From: a virus
Taxonomy: Duplodnaviria; Caudoviricetes
Length of the DNA: 64,000 nt
Direction: 5' to 3' (one strand)
IMG/VR virus record: IMGVR_UViG_3300020190_000004
Both the position numbers and the translations under genes were made by a program. Of the stretch, positions 36,610 through 45,258 are shown in pieces (the first letter of the stretch is position 1; each line of letters starts with the position of its first letter). The notes under the pieces were generated by a model. The model saw only the letters and a list, made by a program, of their open reading frames with translations, did no database searches and was not told the origin of the DNA.

Positions 36610-38376
36610 TTATGTAGTGTAAGGTAGACGGATAAAGTCATAATAAACATGCTTGTCATATGCTGACTTTATCTCAGTCCAGAAGCGCTGAACGCACTCC
36701 GGAACTTCCTTACAAAACTCATGATATGAATCTTTCTCAACAGCTTGGATAAACTTCTTAAAAGATTTTGAAGATGCATATGTAATATCAATATCCGGGA
36801 CATCATCACCAAACATTGCTCGCATAGCATTTTGTTCCAACTCAACAAATTTCTTATCTCTCTCAAAGTAAGTAATTGTGCAAGGGTTAAAATCTTGAGA
36901 CAGAACTTTATATATGTTGGATATTAGAGGATGAGTTGATATCTTGTAGCCGATAAATAAGTCGTGATAATCTTCAATAAACTTTGACAAGATCTTGCGA
37001 ATTGTTGGCAATTCCAAAACAAAATCACGATTAGCACTAAATACATCATGTATTAAAAAGCAACGATGTTTGTTAAGTTTCATTAATCTTTCTGCTTCAA
37101 GAATAACCGAGTTATTGAGTTTTGAACAATCAACAACTATAACGTTAACGTCTTCCTTGCCTTTAGGATTTTTCCTCGGGGAACCAAAGAAAGACTGCAG
37201 CAACAGAACTGCTTTTTCATAATCAACTTCCTTCTTGGGTTTTTCACTGTCATCAGCTTCGCGCAAGATAGTGTTAAATTCCAAAAAGCTGTAATCATCA
37301 GATATGATAGAATTAATTTCTTCTATCTTGGAGTTAAACTCATTAACTACCATTTCGCTTAGCAGTCCGCTAGGATACTTTGGTTTCCTGAGATTCGTTA
37401 AAAATACGGTAAACAGATATTCATATTTGCCGTTAGATTCAATGATTGCTCGTGTCTTTGGATTCTTAACCCATTTACCGTTGAACAATCCACTCTTATC
37501 CAGGAATTTAGGTCTCTCTAAGTCAGACTCTAGAAAGTCACGCCCTCTTCTGTCAACAAATTCGTTAAACACCTCAGAAACCAGCTCGATGTATGCTTCA
37601 TCGGGGTGGTGAGCAACCGGCTTGTGTTCATCAAGTCTCATTGAGTTTATGTGCTCGCAGATGTCGAGCAATAAGATGTCAAAAAGATGACTGCGTTTCT
37701 CAACTCGTCTTTCTTCTTCTATAACATCAGCGATCTTAAACAGTTCAGAGCCTGATTCTATTACAAGAGCTTCAATGTTATTGCTTTGTGTATTGAGTTT
37801 ACCGCTTGTGTAAACACTTGATTCATTAAGAGAAACCAATTCATATTCATGCTTAGCCATTCTAACTAAACTATCAATCGTTTCACTATCAAGTCTTCCT
37901 TCAAAGACAGGCATGTTTGACTCAACTCCAAAGATTCCGCCCCAGCGTTCAAAGATCTTGTTGTCTTTAACTTCATTGGTAACATCCCATTGACGATTGC
38001 GAACAGTAATGTCTGTAAGCATTAACCCATTCTTTGGGCGACGATCATACTCGGTGTTAAGAGGTTTTTTATTGGGAAACCAAGAGAAACCAAACCTGTG
38101 GCGAGGTGGTATTGCTTTCTTAATGTCAGCAGGCAGATTCTCAATATAAGAGATTGCTTGCTCGTATAGATCATTGACTGTGCGATCTATTTTTGATAAA
38201 GGTGCTTTGCCGTTCTTACCGTAGAAGTAGATTTTGTAATCATGTGGGTTCTTTTCAAAAGCGAATCGATACGCGTCGAACTTTTCTGTTACTCTAATCT
38301 CTCCTTCCAGTACCTCACGGAGACCTTTTTCTCCGACCTTTTTGTAGAGGTCCCGAATGTTTTTTATTCCGGCCAT
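36610..38376 (-). CDS. RNA-ligase-like nucleotidyltransferase domain protein with degenerate C-terminal Rossmann-like domain
   Basis: VTEKFDA resembles ligase motif I (KxDG); later PVFEG.L and IEALVI resemble motifs III/IV; no leader. Confidence 0.5.
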   Translation of the reverse strand: MAGIKNIRDLYKKVGEKGLREVLEGEIRVTEKFDAYRFAFEKNPHDYKIYFYGKNGKAPLSKIDRTVNDLYEQAISYIENLPADIKKAIPPRHRFGFSWFPNKKPLNTEYDRRPKNGLMLTDITVRNRQWDVTNEVKDNKIFERWGGIFGVESNMPVFEGRLDSETIDSLVRMAKHEYELVSLNESSVYTSGKLNTQSNNIEALVIESGSELFKIADVIEEERRVEKRSHLFDILLLDICEHINSMRLDEHKPVAHHPDEAYIELVSEVFNEFVDRRGRDFLESDLERPKFLDKSGLFNGKWVKNPKTRAIIESNGKYEYLFTVFLTNLRKPKYPSGLLSEMVVNEFNSKIEEINSIISDDYSFLEFNTILREADDSEKPKKEVDYEKAVLLLQSFFGSPRKNPKGKEDVNVIVVDCSKLNNSVILEAERLMKLNKHRCFLIHDVFSANRDFVLELPTIRKILSKFIEDYHDLFIGYKISTHPLISNIYKVLSQDFNPCTITYFERDKKFVELEQNAMRAMFGDDVPDIDITYASSKSFKKFIQAVEKDSYHEFCKEVPECVQRFWTEIKSAYDKHVYYDFIRLPYTT

Positions 38377-38393
38377 TTATGTTTGTTTTATAG

Positions 38394-38765
38394 TTATATT
38401 TTTCCTGTTAAGCGTATTCTTTTTTCGTCATCATCAACTAAATGATGTCCTACAACATCTTCAATTACTTCTGCCATTTTCTTAGTCTTATCACCAGCTG
38501 GTGGTGTCTGAATTTCCACAGAACCGTTATAGTAAGTTGGAAGTTTTTTTGCCTTTGCATCAAATCCTGCAGAGTTCAAGGCTTTTGCTATTTCCTCAGC
38601 TTCGTCAAACATAATTGTTCCTATCTCTAAGTGGTCGCGATAGTTTAACAGAGTTATAGTAGAAACTTCATGACCGTTTACTACTTCTCCGAGTTCAATA
38701 CGACTCATGTCTACAAGCTTCTTGCCTTCATTTAAGAAACTTTCAAATGTGTGTAGATGTTTCAT
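38394..38765 (-). CDS. Leader-bearing putative internal head protein
   Basis: Starts MKHLHTFESFLNE. Confidence 0.7.
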   Translation of the reverse strand: MKHLHTFESFLNEGKKLVDMSRIELGEVVNGHEVSTITLLNYRDHLEIGTIMFDEAEEIAKALNSAGFDAKAKKLPTYYNGSVEIQTPPAGDKTKKMAEVIEDVVGHHLVDDDEKRIRLTGKI

Positions 38766-38777
38766 AGCTTACTTGTT

Positions 38778-39215
38778 TTATTCAACTGCAATCTCAACGC
38801 CACCGCTTCCTGTAGAATAAGCGGTAATGCTTATTCGAGAACCGTCTGATAACATTATTCTTACATAAGAATTTTGTCCATCTTCGTCTTCAAGAATAGC
38901 TTTAATCTTCTTTCCTATATGATCCTTTAATGAAGGGTCGGTAGTTCTTGCATCTTCATTAAGCTCATCTTCGTTCAAGCTCTCTTTTACTAGAACCGAT
39001 TGCATACCAAATCTTTCTTTAGCCAATTGTATAGCCATTCTACTTTTTGGCGTATCGTCTAACTCAAAAACTGTAGGCCTTACCTGGTCATATTGGATCT
39101 TATTGCCATCAAGGTCCTTTTTGAACGATGAAACTGCTTTGGAGGCTAGACTAACTGACAGTTTCTTTCCTGAGTTTTCATTTAAGAAGCTTTCAAATGT
39201 GTGTATGTGTTTCAT
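38778..39215 (-). CDS. Leader-bearing putative internal head protein, two domains
   Basis: Starts MKHIHTFESFLNE; internal ESLNEDELNE. Confidence 0.7.
   Translation of the reverse strand: MKHIHTFESFLNENSGKKLSVSLASKAVSSFKKDLDGNKIQYDQVRPTVFELDDTPKSRMAIQLAKERFGMQSVLVKESLNEDELNEDARTTDPSLKDHIGKKIKAILEDEDGQNSYVRIMLSDGSRISITAYSTGSGGVEIAVE
39184..39215. repeat. 32-bp leader repeat copy 2
   Basis: Identical to 23880..23911. Confidence 0.95.
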
Positions 39216-39229
39216 ACTAATTCTATTTT

Positions 39230-39601
39230 TTATTTTTTGCCAAACATATCGGTTTCTCTACTACTTGGTCGTTTTGTTTTGCCAGCTTGTATAATTGATT
39301 CCAATTCATCGTATAGATCTTCGGCTTTTGTTATATCTTTTTTGTCTACTCTAAAGTAACCTTTATTAGTATTCATAAAATAATGGTCATCTTTGTTAGC
39401 AACAAAGAAAGTAGACGCTGGAGAAAAAGCAAAAGCTAAATTGACTGCTCTCACCTGGCCATTAGTAATTTCTATGGTAGAAGAACCACCTTTTAAGAGT
39501 TTTGCAAGTTTATCTAGTATTGCATCACCTGTGTTTTTTGCTCCTTCTAAATAAACAATCTTTTCATTTAAGAAGCTTTCAAATGTGTGTATGTGTTTCA
39601 T
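39230..39601 (-). CDS. Leader-bearing putative internal head protein
   Basis: Internal ATG at 39601 begins MKHIHTFESFLNE; track start 39622. Confidence 0.7.
   Translation of the reverse strand: MKHIHTFESFLNEKIVYLEGAKNTGDAILDKLAKLLKGGSSTIEITNGQVRAVNLAFAFSPASTFFVANKDDHYFMNTNKGYFRVDKKDITKAEDLYDELESIIQAGKTKRPSSRETDMFGKK
39570..39601. repeat. 32-bp leader repeat copy 3
   Basis: Identical to 23880..23911. Confidence 0.95.
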
Positions 39602-39608
39602 TGTAATA

Positions 39609-39905
39609 CTATATTTTTGCAATTGAAGTTACTTTCTTGCCTTTTTTCTCCGCATCATTAGGGTCTGCGTAGTAGAGAAGGTTGGCCTGAATCAGCCTAT
39701 TGAAAATCTCGTCTTTTACAATCTCAAAGTCAATGCTATCAGAAGAGTTTTCCCATGTTTCAGCAACATACTCTGGGTCAATCCATCCATACCCTGCCTT
39801 AATGTTCTTTACCATGTTGGCAAAGTCCAGCTCAAAAGTTTTAACCGCACCTTCATTAAGAGTGGCTTCATTCAAGAAGCTTTCAAATGTGTGTATGTGT
39901 TTCAT
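39609..39905 (-). CDS. Leader-bearing putative internal head protein
   Basis: ATG at 39905 begins MKHIHTFESFLNEATLNE. Confidence 0.7.
   Translation of the reverse strand: MKHIHTFESFLNEATLNEGAVKTFELDFANMVKNIKAGYGWIDPEYVAETWENSSDSIDFEIVKDEIFNRLIQANLLYYADPNDAEKKGKKVTSIAKI
39874..39905. repeat. 32-bp leader repeat copy 4
   Basis: Identical to 23880..23911. Confidence 0.95.
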
Positions 39906-40192
39906 TTTAGATTCCATGTTCTTTTGTCATCCATATCAAGTATTTCAATGCCTAATTGCTTAACAGTATTTTCTAAATTAGATTGTTCTTCCTGATCTCC
40001 GCTTTTTATGTATTCAATAACATCTCTGAATGATTGAAAAAAATGCTTTTCTCGCATCTGTGTTTTTATCTTATCCCAATTGTAATAAATTGCATGAAGC
40101 AGACCGCTAACACCAGCGGAAGTTAGCGCTAATTCATTTATTTCTTGTTCATTCAAGAAGTTTTCGAATGTGCTTATGTGTTTCATGTCCAT
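39902..40192 (-). CDS. Leader-bearing putative internal head protein
   Basis: Starts MDMKHISTFENFLNEQEINE. Confidence 0.7.
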   Translation of the reverse strand: MDMKHISTFENFLNEQEINELALTSAGVSGLLHAIYYNWDKIKTQMREKHFFQSFRDVIEYIKSGDQEEQSNLENTVKQLGIEILDMDDKRTWNLK

Positions 40193-40195
40193 GTA

Positions 40196-40204
40196 GTATA
40201 TATT
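40196..40204 (-). promoter_or_regulatory. Late promoter variant AATATATAC
   Basis: Immediately upstream of the ATG at 40192. Confidence 0.4.
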
Positions 40205-41091
40205 TATGCCAGGTCAGACGGAAAAGGAAGCTTGGCGTCTGTCAGCTTTTGCTTAAACTCCGTCATGATATCTTCCCGCTTATCAGGGAACTTAAAGTCT
40301 CCGCCGTCAATCAGACCACGCAAACTTTCATAGGTCATGATCTCAGAAACCTTGTGACCACCGTTAAAGAGTAGTTCCACTATCTCCTGCGGAACCCGCG
40401 TAATATCTTTGTCAAACGCTCGAAGAAGGTCTGCATTTTTTTTCAGCCCGCGTGCACCTTCAAAGGTTTTGCGTACTTGTACAACTCCCTGATTCATACG
40501 TATCACATATGCCTTGTACTCAGCAGTTTCACCTTTGCCGGTTTGCTTGGTGATCTCGTAAAAGCAATTTCCAATTGCGGCCATCAGCAATATGTTTCTG
40601 TAAGCACCTTTGTACTGTGATTCGCCTGCTCGAAAGTCTGGCGAGTGGTAGATAAACTTACTCCATTCCAGGTCAATCGACATCATTAAATCTACTTGGC
40701 CAATTCCGTTTGCTGAATCCCCGGCAACAGGAACGCCAATGCTTACTTGCTGTAACCCTTTTTGCATTAAGGTGGAATATCCTAAAGACATTAACTTTTC
40801 ATCTAATGCCATCAATGAATTTTCCAAAGAGACTCCTAAGAAACCAGCAATCTTGTCAGCCGAGACCGCGATATCTATATCTCCGGAAGTAGCTTCCGGT
40901 AATTTCTTACCCGCACTTCCAATTACTGCAGCATCATCACCAATTCCTACCAATCCGATTTGAGGAAAAATGTTCTTTACAATCCAATCCACAGTAGGCT
41001 GAACTTGGTTCTGTTGAAAAGGTACAGCATTCTCAATAGAGTTGCCACTTTCAAGAATGAATTGTTCAAACAACTTGACGTACTGCCTCAC
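40204..41091 (-). CDS. Leader-bearing Pol-beta-superfamily nucleotidyltransferase
   Basis: GTG start (M)RQYVKLFEQFILE; hG-S motif VIGSAG, SGDIDIAV, third Asp in QVDLM. Confidence 0.75.
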   Translation of the reverse strand: MRQYVKLFEQFILESGNSIENAVPFQQNQVQPTVDWIVKNIFPQIGLVGIGDDAAVIGSAGKKLPEATSGDIDIAVSADKIAGFLGVSLENSLMALDEKLMSLGYSTLMQKGLQQVSIGVPVAGDSANGIGQVDLMMSIDLEWSKFIYHSPDFRAGESQYKGAYRNILLMAAIGNCFYEITKQTGKGETAEYKAYVIRMNQGVVQVRKTFEGARGLKKNADLLRAFDKDITRVPQEIVELLFNGGHKVSEIMTYESLRGLIDGGDFKFPDKREDIMTEFKQKLTDAKLPFPSDLA

Positions 41092-41624
41092 TAGAATCCT
41101 GCCTTTTGTGCCTCTTTGCGGTCTAACCACTTTGCGTTAACTACGTCGTACCAGATGTTTGAATCACTTGACCCAGGAAGAATAAAGTTAGTCCCGTTAG
41201 AACCTCCGCTTGTGTGCGTGTAAGAGTAGTTTAGGTTTGTCCAAATGCATGGTTCAAACTCAAAGTCTGAACCATCTTCAGCGGTAGCTTTTGAAATCTT
41301 TGGAAAGCTTCCGCCGCCAAAGAAGGAAAGATATACCTCTTTGAACCCATACTGCATGATGCCCAATGCATCACCTGTCACAGGCTTAGATACCAATTTG
41401 ATACGGTTACCCGCGTCTTCAATAGCAAAGTCAGTTGGCCAGTCCACGCCTTTATCCTTAAGGAAAGTTGCTAACGCTGGTCCTGCATTTTCCAGGATAT
41501 CAGCCTTAAGCGTAGCCTCGTCTTTGAATTTGTCATCACTAACGTACTTTACGTTTTCGTTAAGGTCAGCAGCTTCATTCACACCTTTGTTGATGTAAGT
41601 TTCAAAAGTTTTTAAGTGTTTCAT
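41091..41624 (-). CDS. Leader-bearing putative internal head protein
   Basis: Starts MKHLKTFETYINKGVNEAADLNE. Confidence 0.7.
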   Translation of the reverse strand: MKHLKTFETYINKGVNEAADLNENVKYVSDDKFKDEATLKADILENAGPALATFLKDKGVDWPTDFAIEDAGNRIKLVSKPVTGDALGIMQYGFKEVYLSFFGGGSFPKISKATAEDGSDFEFEPCIWTNLNYSYTHTSGGSNGTNFILPGSSDSNIWYDVVNAKWLDRKEAQKAGF

Positions 41625-41883
41625 TGTATTTTGTTATTTTGACTATTAAATCAGTGGTGCCGGGTATCACGCGATGGATAACGCCGGCAGGTATTTTAAT
41701 CACTGTATATATCTTTTCTGGTAGTTGGTTATCAAACTGAAATTGCCAATCATTTTCGTTAAGAGGTTCAACGATTCTGTCCTCTTCATCCCAATGCCAT
41801 TTATATTCTGACCAGTCAGTATTTACAAAAAAAGTCCGTATGACTACGGACTCATTGATTTTTTCTTCTTTATAAGGTTTCAT
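41602..41883 (-). CDS. Small cupin-like protein
   Basis: WHWDEEDR.V...W.FQFD..LP...IP.G..HRV pattern; start at 41883 coupled to the holin stop (TAATG). Confidence 0.6.
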   Translation of the reverse strand: MKPYKEEKINESVVIRTFFVNTDWSEYKWHWDEEDRIVEPLNENDWQFQFDNQLPEKIYTVIKIPAGVIHRVIPGTTDLIVKITKYNETLKNF

Positions 41884-42050
41884 TAAGCTTTGTCTACGAT
41901 TGACCAAATTGTACCAGTTAATGTGATAACACCACCGATGATTTCAGTCACAGTTGTTTCGTCAGTTAAGCCTTTCATTACCACGATACCACCTACGAAT
42001 GTAAGAGTATGACGGATGATACCTAGAATCTGTTCTTTTGTTAGTTTCAT
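41883..42050 (-). CDS. Putative small holin (55 aa, two TM), missed by ORF track
   Basis: Manual translation MKLTKEQILGIIRHTLTFVGGIVVMKGLTDETTVTEIIGGVITLTGTIWSIVDKA; resembles Pam3 gp28-type putative holins. Confidence 0.75.
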   Translation of the reverse strand: MKLTKEQILGIIRHTLTFVGGIVVMKGLTDETTVTEIIGGVITLTGTIWSIVDKA

Positions 42051-42071
42051 TTTTTCTATTTTATTTTTTTT

Positions 42072-42080
42072 GTATATATC
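42072..42080 (-). promoter_or_regulatory. Putative late promoter GATATATAC
   Basis: About 21 nt upstream of the holin ATG at 42050. Confidence 0.6.
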
Positions 42081-42619
42081 TACCAGGGTGCATCGGACTG
42101 AAGTCCTAACTGCTTATTAAAGAGCGTGCTGGCGTAACAAGCCCAGAACCCCGCGGTAGTAGGGTCCATCTTTTTTTGTAAATCGCACTGTTGGCGTGCC
42201 CAGAAAGATGCAGAAGCCACAGGATCGTCATTCTTGATGGAAAGACCCGTGGTGTCTCCCCATTGAATTTGCATTGCCAAGATATTTCCATCTTCATCTT
42301 CTTTCCCGCTGTTGTGATACACCGTAAACTTTTTATCTCCACCACGAAATGGTGTGTCGAGTTCTACGTCAATCATTTTGCCGTCAGGTGTTTCAAACTT
42401 TGCCTTTTTACCCACTTCCAGATTCTTGGCCATCCAAGCAGCTTTATCGGAGAGTATGATGTTATCTTCGTCCCAGTATTTCTTTGTCTCTTCAAAAAGA
42501 TCTTTATAGGCTTGACTGCCTAAACGGTAGACAGAATTGGTTATGTCCAACCCATTTTCCATGTGGTAGCGGAATCCTTCGGAGACCTGGAAGTCTTCAA
42601 ATGTCTTTACGTATTTCAT
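42080..42619 (-). CDS. Leader-bearing protein with conserved phage domain (DUF6321-like)
   Basis: Starts MKYVKTFEDFQVSE; payload KKF.VY...GD..GLSIK.DDP...SF.AR..CD...TAGFW.C. Confidence 0.7.
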   Translation of the reverse strand: MKYVKTFEDFQVSEGFRYHMENGLDITNSVYRLGSQAYKDLFEETKKYWDEDNIILSDKAAWMAKNLEVGKKAKFETPDGKMIDVELDTPFRGGDKKFTVYHNSGKEDEDGNILAMQIQWGDTTGLSIKNDDPVASASFWARQQCDLQKKMDPTTAGFWACYASTLFNKQLGLQSDAPW

Positions 42620-43320
42620 ATCTTAATGCTAAAATGTTCTTTAACTGCTTCTTCAATTCCTAATGCATAGGACCAGATATCTTCGGAAATCTTTTTTTCG
42701 CCAGCTTTATTGAAAGTAATCAGCGGCCAGTAAATAGTATTTTTTGTGATAGCTGCACTCGGGAAAGTCATTTCATAGTACTGTCCGCCCTTTTCACCAA
42801 ACGCATGAACTACTAAGCACTCTCCATAGTACTTACCTATTTCATCTTTTTGCATACAGATACCACCAATGGCTTTTCCTCCAGTTTCTTCTGACCATCT
42901 TGCTGCATTACCAAAGCACTGATTCCTTGTACCACCTGCTTCAATCCATTCTGCTTCAACACTCTTAACCAGTTCATCTAAAATTGCTACAATTACTGCT
43001 TGAATACTGATGAAATTTGAAGATGATATCTTGCCTTCTGCGTCAACTGTGAAATCTTTGAACCATCCTGGTCTTTTAGCCGGATCTTGAGCATTCCAGT
43101 GATTTGCAGATTCTTCAGCGTTCGTCAGAGCCGTTTTTCCCGCAGCTGTGTTTTTCCACTTGCCTGACTTTAGCATTGAGAGCGTTTTTGATCTTATTGA
43201 TGAATCACCCTTTGATGCATAAAATACATTGCCACCTAAGCCTGTGCTATAGACAGTTTCATTCAGATACTGAAATCCTTCAGAGACTTGAAAGTCTTCA
43301 AATGTTTTGACGTATTTCAT
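42616..43320 (-). CDS. Leader-bearing putative internal head protein
   Basis: Starts MKYVKTFEDFQVSEGFQYLNE; first 16 aa identical to the neighbour. Confidence 0.7.
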   Translation of the reverse strand: MKYVKTFEDFQVSEGFQYLNETVYSTGLGGNVFYASKGDSSIRSKTLSMLKSGKWKNTAAGKTALTNAEESANHWNAQDPAKRPGWFKDFTVDAEGKISSSNFISIQAVIVAILDELVKSVEAEWIEAGGTRNQCFGNAARWSEETGGKAIGGICMQKDEIGKYYGECLVVHAFGEKGGQYYEMTFPSAAITKNTIYWPLITFNKAGEKKISEDIWSYALGIEEAVKEHFSIKI

Positions 43321-43742
43321 TTGAACATACTTTTATTGTAGATAACTAATCCTAAGTAAGGATTGTTATTTTTACCTTCTGTTGGATCATAAACGCCATC
43401 AGCCTTCTTTTCTTTTGCCATTTGCATAATTTTTTGCCCACCATATTTTTGCGCGTCGGGGACTAATAAAATTTTAGCATCATTAGAAAGTTCATATTCA
43501 TCCGAACCAGCATAATAATCATCAGATTCATAATGGGCCGAACTGTCTGCAGTAACTGAAAAGTAGCTTCCTTTCCCTAAGACCGAACCCATAGTATCCA
43601 TATCTTCATCTCCGCTTTCATACTCAAAAAAAGCCTTTTCTAACTTACCAGAATCCGTAGTTAGGTATTTCTTTTTGAATTCAGCACCTGTAATTAGTTC
43701 TGATTCATTCATAAAACTTTCGTATGTCTTTACGTATTTCAT
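43317..43742 (-). CDS. Leader-bearing protein, possible ADP-ribosyltransferase-like fold
   Basis: Starts MKYVKTYESFMNE; GKGSYFS....SAHY, L...AKIL, ADGV...LVIYN pattern. Confidence 0.55.
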   Translation of the reverse strand: MKYVKTYESFMNESELITGAEFKKKYLTTDSGKLEKAFFEYESGDEDMDTMGSVLGKGSYFSVTADSSAHYESDDYYAGSDEYELSNDAKILLVPDAQKYGGQKIMQMAKEKKADGVYDPTEGKNNNPYLGLVIYNKSMFK

Positions 43743-43748
43743 TCTAAT

Positions 43749-44117
43749 TTATTTATTCATCTCTTGAGTCTTCTTCTTTAACTCTTCGAGAAAGTTTGTC
43801 CATATCACATTAGCAGCTTTCAGGTTTTTCTTCTTTTCCGGGTCCTTGGTCCTTTCAATAGCAACCTTTCCACGCTGCTGCATCACCAAGGCAGCTTGCA
43901 CCTTGTGCGCATGCTCTCGGTCAATGCCTTTAATAATCTCAATGCCTTTTTCCGCCGTCTCAGCGTCTTTGAAGCCCAAGCCATGAATTGTGCCTTCTGG
44001 ATCCTCGTCAGTGTACAAATCCGAGTGCTTGCTTGAACCGGCTGGTTGACCTGGTTTTCTAGGGGTTCTTTTATCAGCTTCCGCAATCCAAGATTCGTAT
44101 GTCTTTACGTATTTCAT
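43749..44117 (-). CDS. Leader-bearing conserved phage protein
   Basis: Starts MKYVKTYESWIAE; HSDLYTDEDP.GTI.GLGFKD motif. Confidence 0.7.
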   Translation of the reverse strand: MKYVKTYESWIAEADKRTPRKPGQPAGSSKHSDLYTDEDPEGTIHGLGFKDAETAEKGIEIIKGIDREHAHKVQAALVMQQRGKVAIERTKDPEKKKNLKAANVIWTNFLEELKKKTQEMNK

Positions 44118-44154
44118 TTTTGGTTAGCGCGCTTTGTATTTTTTGTCATTCACT

Positions 44155-44658
44155 TTAAGAAAGCAATTTAATAGCTTTCGGTGGTATCTTGCCCAGATAT
44201 ACAATTTCATCCGATTGCTTGTAGTAATCATCTCTTGATATCTTTTTATCAGCTTTTACATCAATCATTAGTTTAGGTGGTATCTCAATTCCTATTGAAA
44301 ATAAATTGGGATCTAGTTGTGTACCGTCTATCTGCAACAATACTCCATCATACTCGTATCTACGCGGTAAGTAATGAAAACTCACAATATCTGATACATT
44401 GTCCAAAGATGACAGCCAAACTCCTTCGAACAATTCACCTTTCAATCCTCCTCCGTGAGTACCAGCTTTTGGGCGAGAGGGTATCAATCCTTCCTTTTCT
44501 ACCTTATCATAGTAAGCTTGACGCATCACTAAATGGTATAAAGGCTGTTTTGTGTTAAAAGGTTCATCAGATTGGATAGATTGCAAATAATCTAACCCAA
44601 CTCGCATATCTTTATTGCCTTCATCCAAGAAGCTCTCGTATGTCTTTACCCACTTCAT
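44155..44658 (-). CDS. Leader-bearing ADP-ribosyltransferase/Tpt1-like fold protein
   Basis: Starts MKWVKTYESFLDE; LYH...EGL.P, GVWLSS, VLLQID, EIVY.G.IPP..I. Confidence 0.6.
   Translation of the reverse strand: MKWVKTYESFLDEGNKDMRVGLDYLQSIQSDEPFNTKQPLYHLVMRQAYYDKVEKEGLIPSRPKAGTHGGGLKGELFEGVWLSSLDNVSDIVSFHYLPRRYEYDGVLLQIDGTQLDPNLFSIGIEIPPKLMIDVKADKKISRDDYYKQSDEIVYLGKIPPKAIKLLS
44626..44658. repeat. 33-bp leader repeat, second subfamily, copy 1
   Basis: CAAGAAGCTCTCGTATGTCTTTACCCACTTCAT, identical at 45997..46029. Confidence 0.95.
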
Positions 44659-44951
44659 CTCTTGCTGATCTTGTTACTTGAAATGGCTCTTTGCCTGCTA
44701 CACTTAAACCTGGCTATCTCTTCGTCTCTCTTGTGTAGGTGTTTCTGACTTACACCGCTGTTAACACGCTCCCTCCAAAGATTAAAACTTTTTCTCTTTA
44801 ATTCAGCACGCATCAACTTAATAGTTTCAGATTCGCTGAGACCAAACTGAGCCTTGATTGCCTCAAAAGGTGTTCTGTCCTCCCACGCCATTTCTATGAT
44901 GCGATCTACATTCTCACTTGATATGCTCTTGTATGTCTTTACGCATTTCAT
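44655..44951 (-). CDS. TIGR03643/DUF2805-like protein with degenerate leader
   Basis: DRIIEMAWEDRTPFEAI..QFGL.E...I.LMR..LK..SF.LWR.RV; preceded by MKCVKTYKSISSE. Confidence 0.8.
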   Translation of the reverse strand: MKCVKTYKSISSENVDRIIEMAWEDRTPFEAIKAQFGLSESETIKLMRAELKRKSFNLWRERVNSGVSQKHLHKRDEEIARFKCSRQRAISSNKISKR

Positions 44952-45253
44952 TAGTCTTGCTTATCTTGTTGATATTGCCAAAGTTCTTCATAAGAAGTCA
45001 TCCATCCGTTTTCTTTGGCAATTCTTTCAGTATTACTGTTTGCTTGCAATAGAAAAGAAATTACTGCATCAAAAGCTTTTTTGAAGTCAGCTTCTTTAAC
45101 GCGATCCCAATAACCAACACCTATGTAGTCTTTAATCACATAGAATGGATATGCCGGGTCTTTTACGCTTTTGGTTCTGCGAGTTTGCAAATGAACAGAC
45201 TTTGGATCCGCATTTTCATTCAAAAAACTCTCGTATGTCTTTACGTAATTCAT
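44951..45253 (-). CDS. Leader-bearing putative internal head protein
   Basis: Starts MNYVKTYESFLNE. Confidence 0.7.
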   Translation of the reverse strand: MNYVKTYESFLNENADPKSVHLQTRRTKSVKDPAYPFYVIKDYIGVGYWDRVKEADFKKAFDAVISFLLQANSNTERIAKENGWMTSYEELWQYQQDKQD

Positions 45254-45258
45254 ATTTC

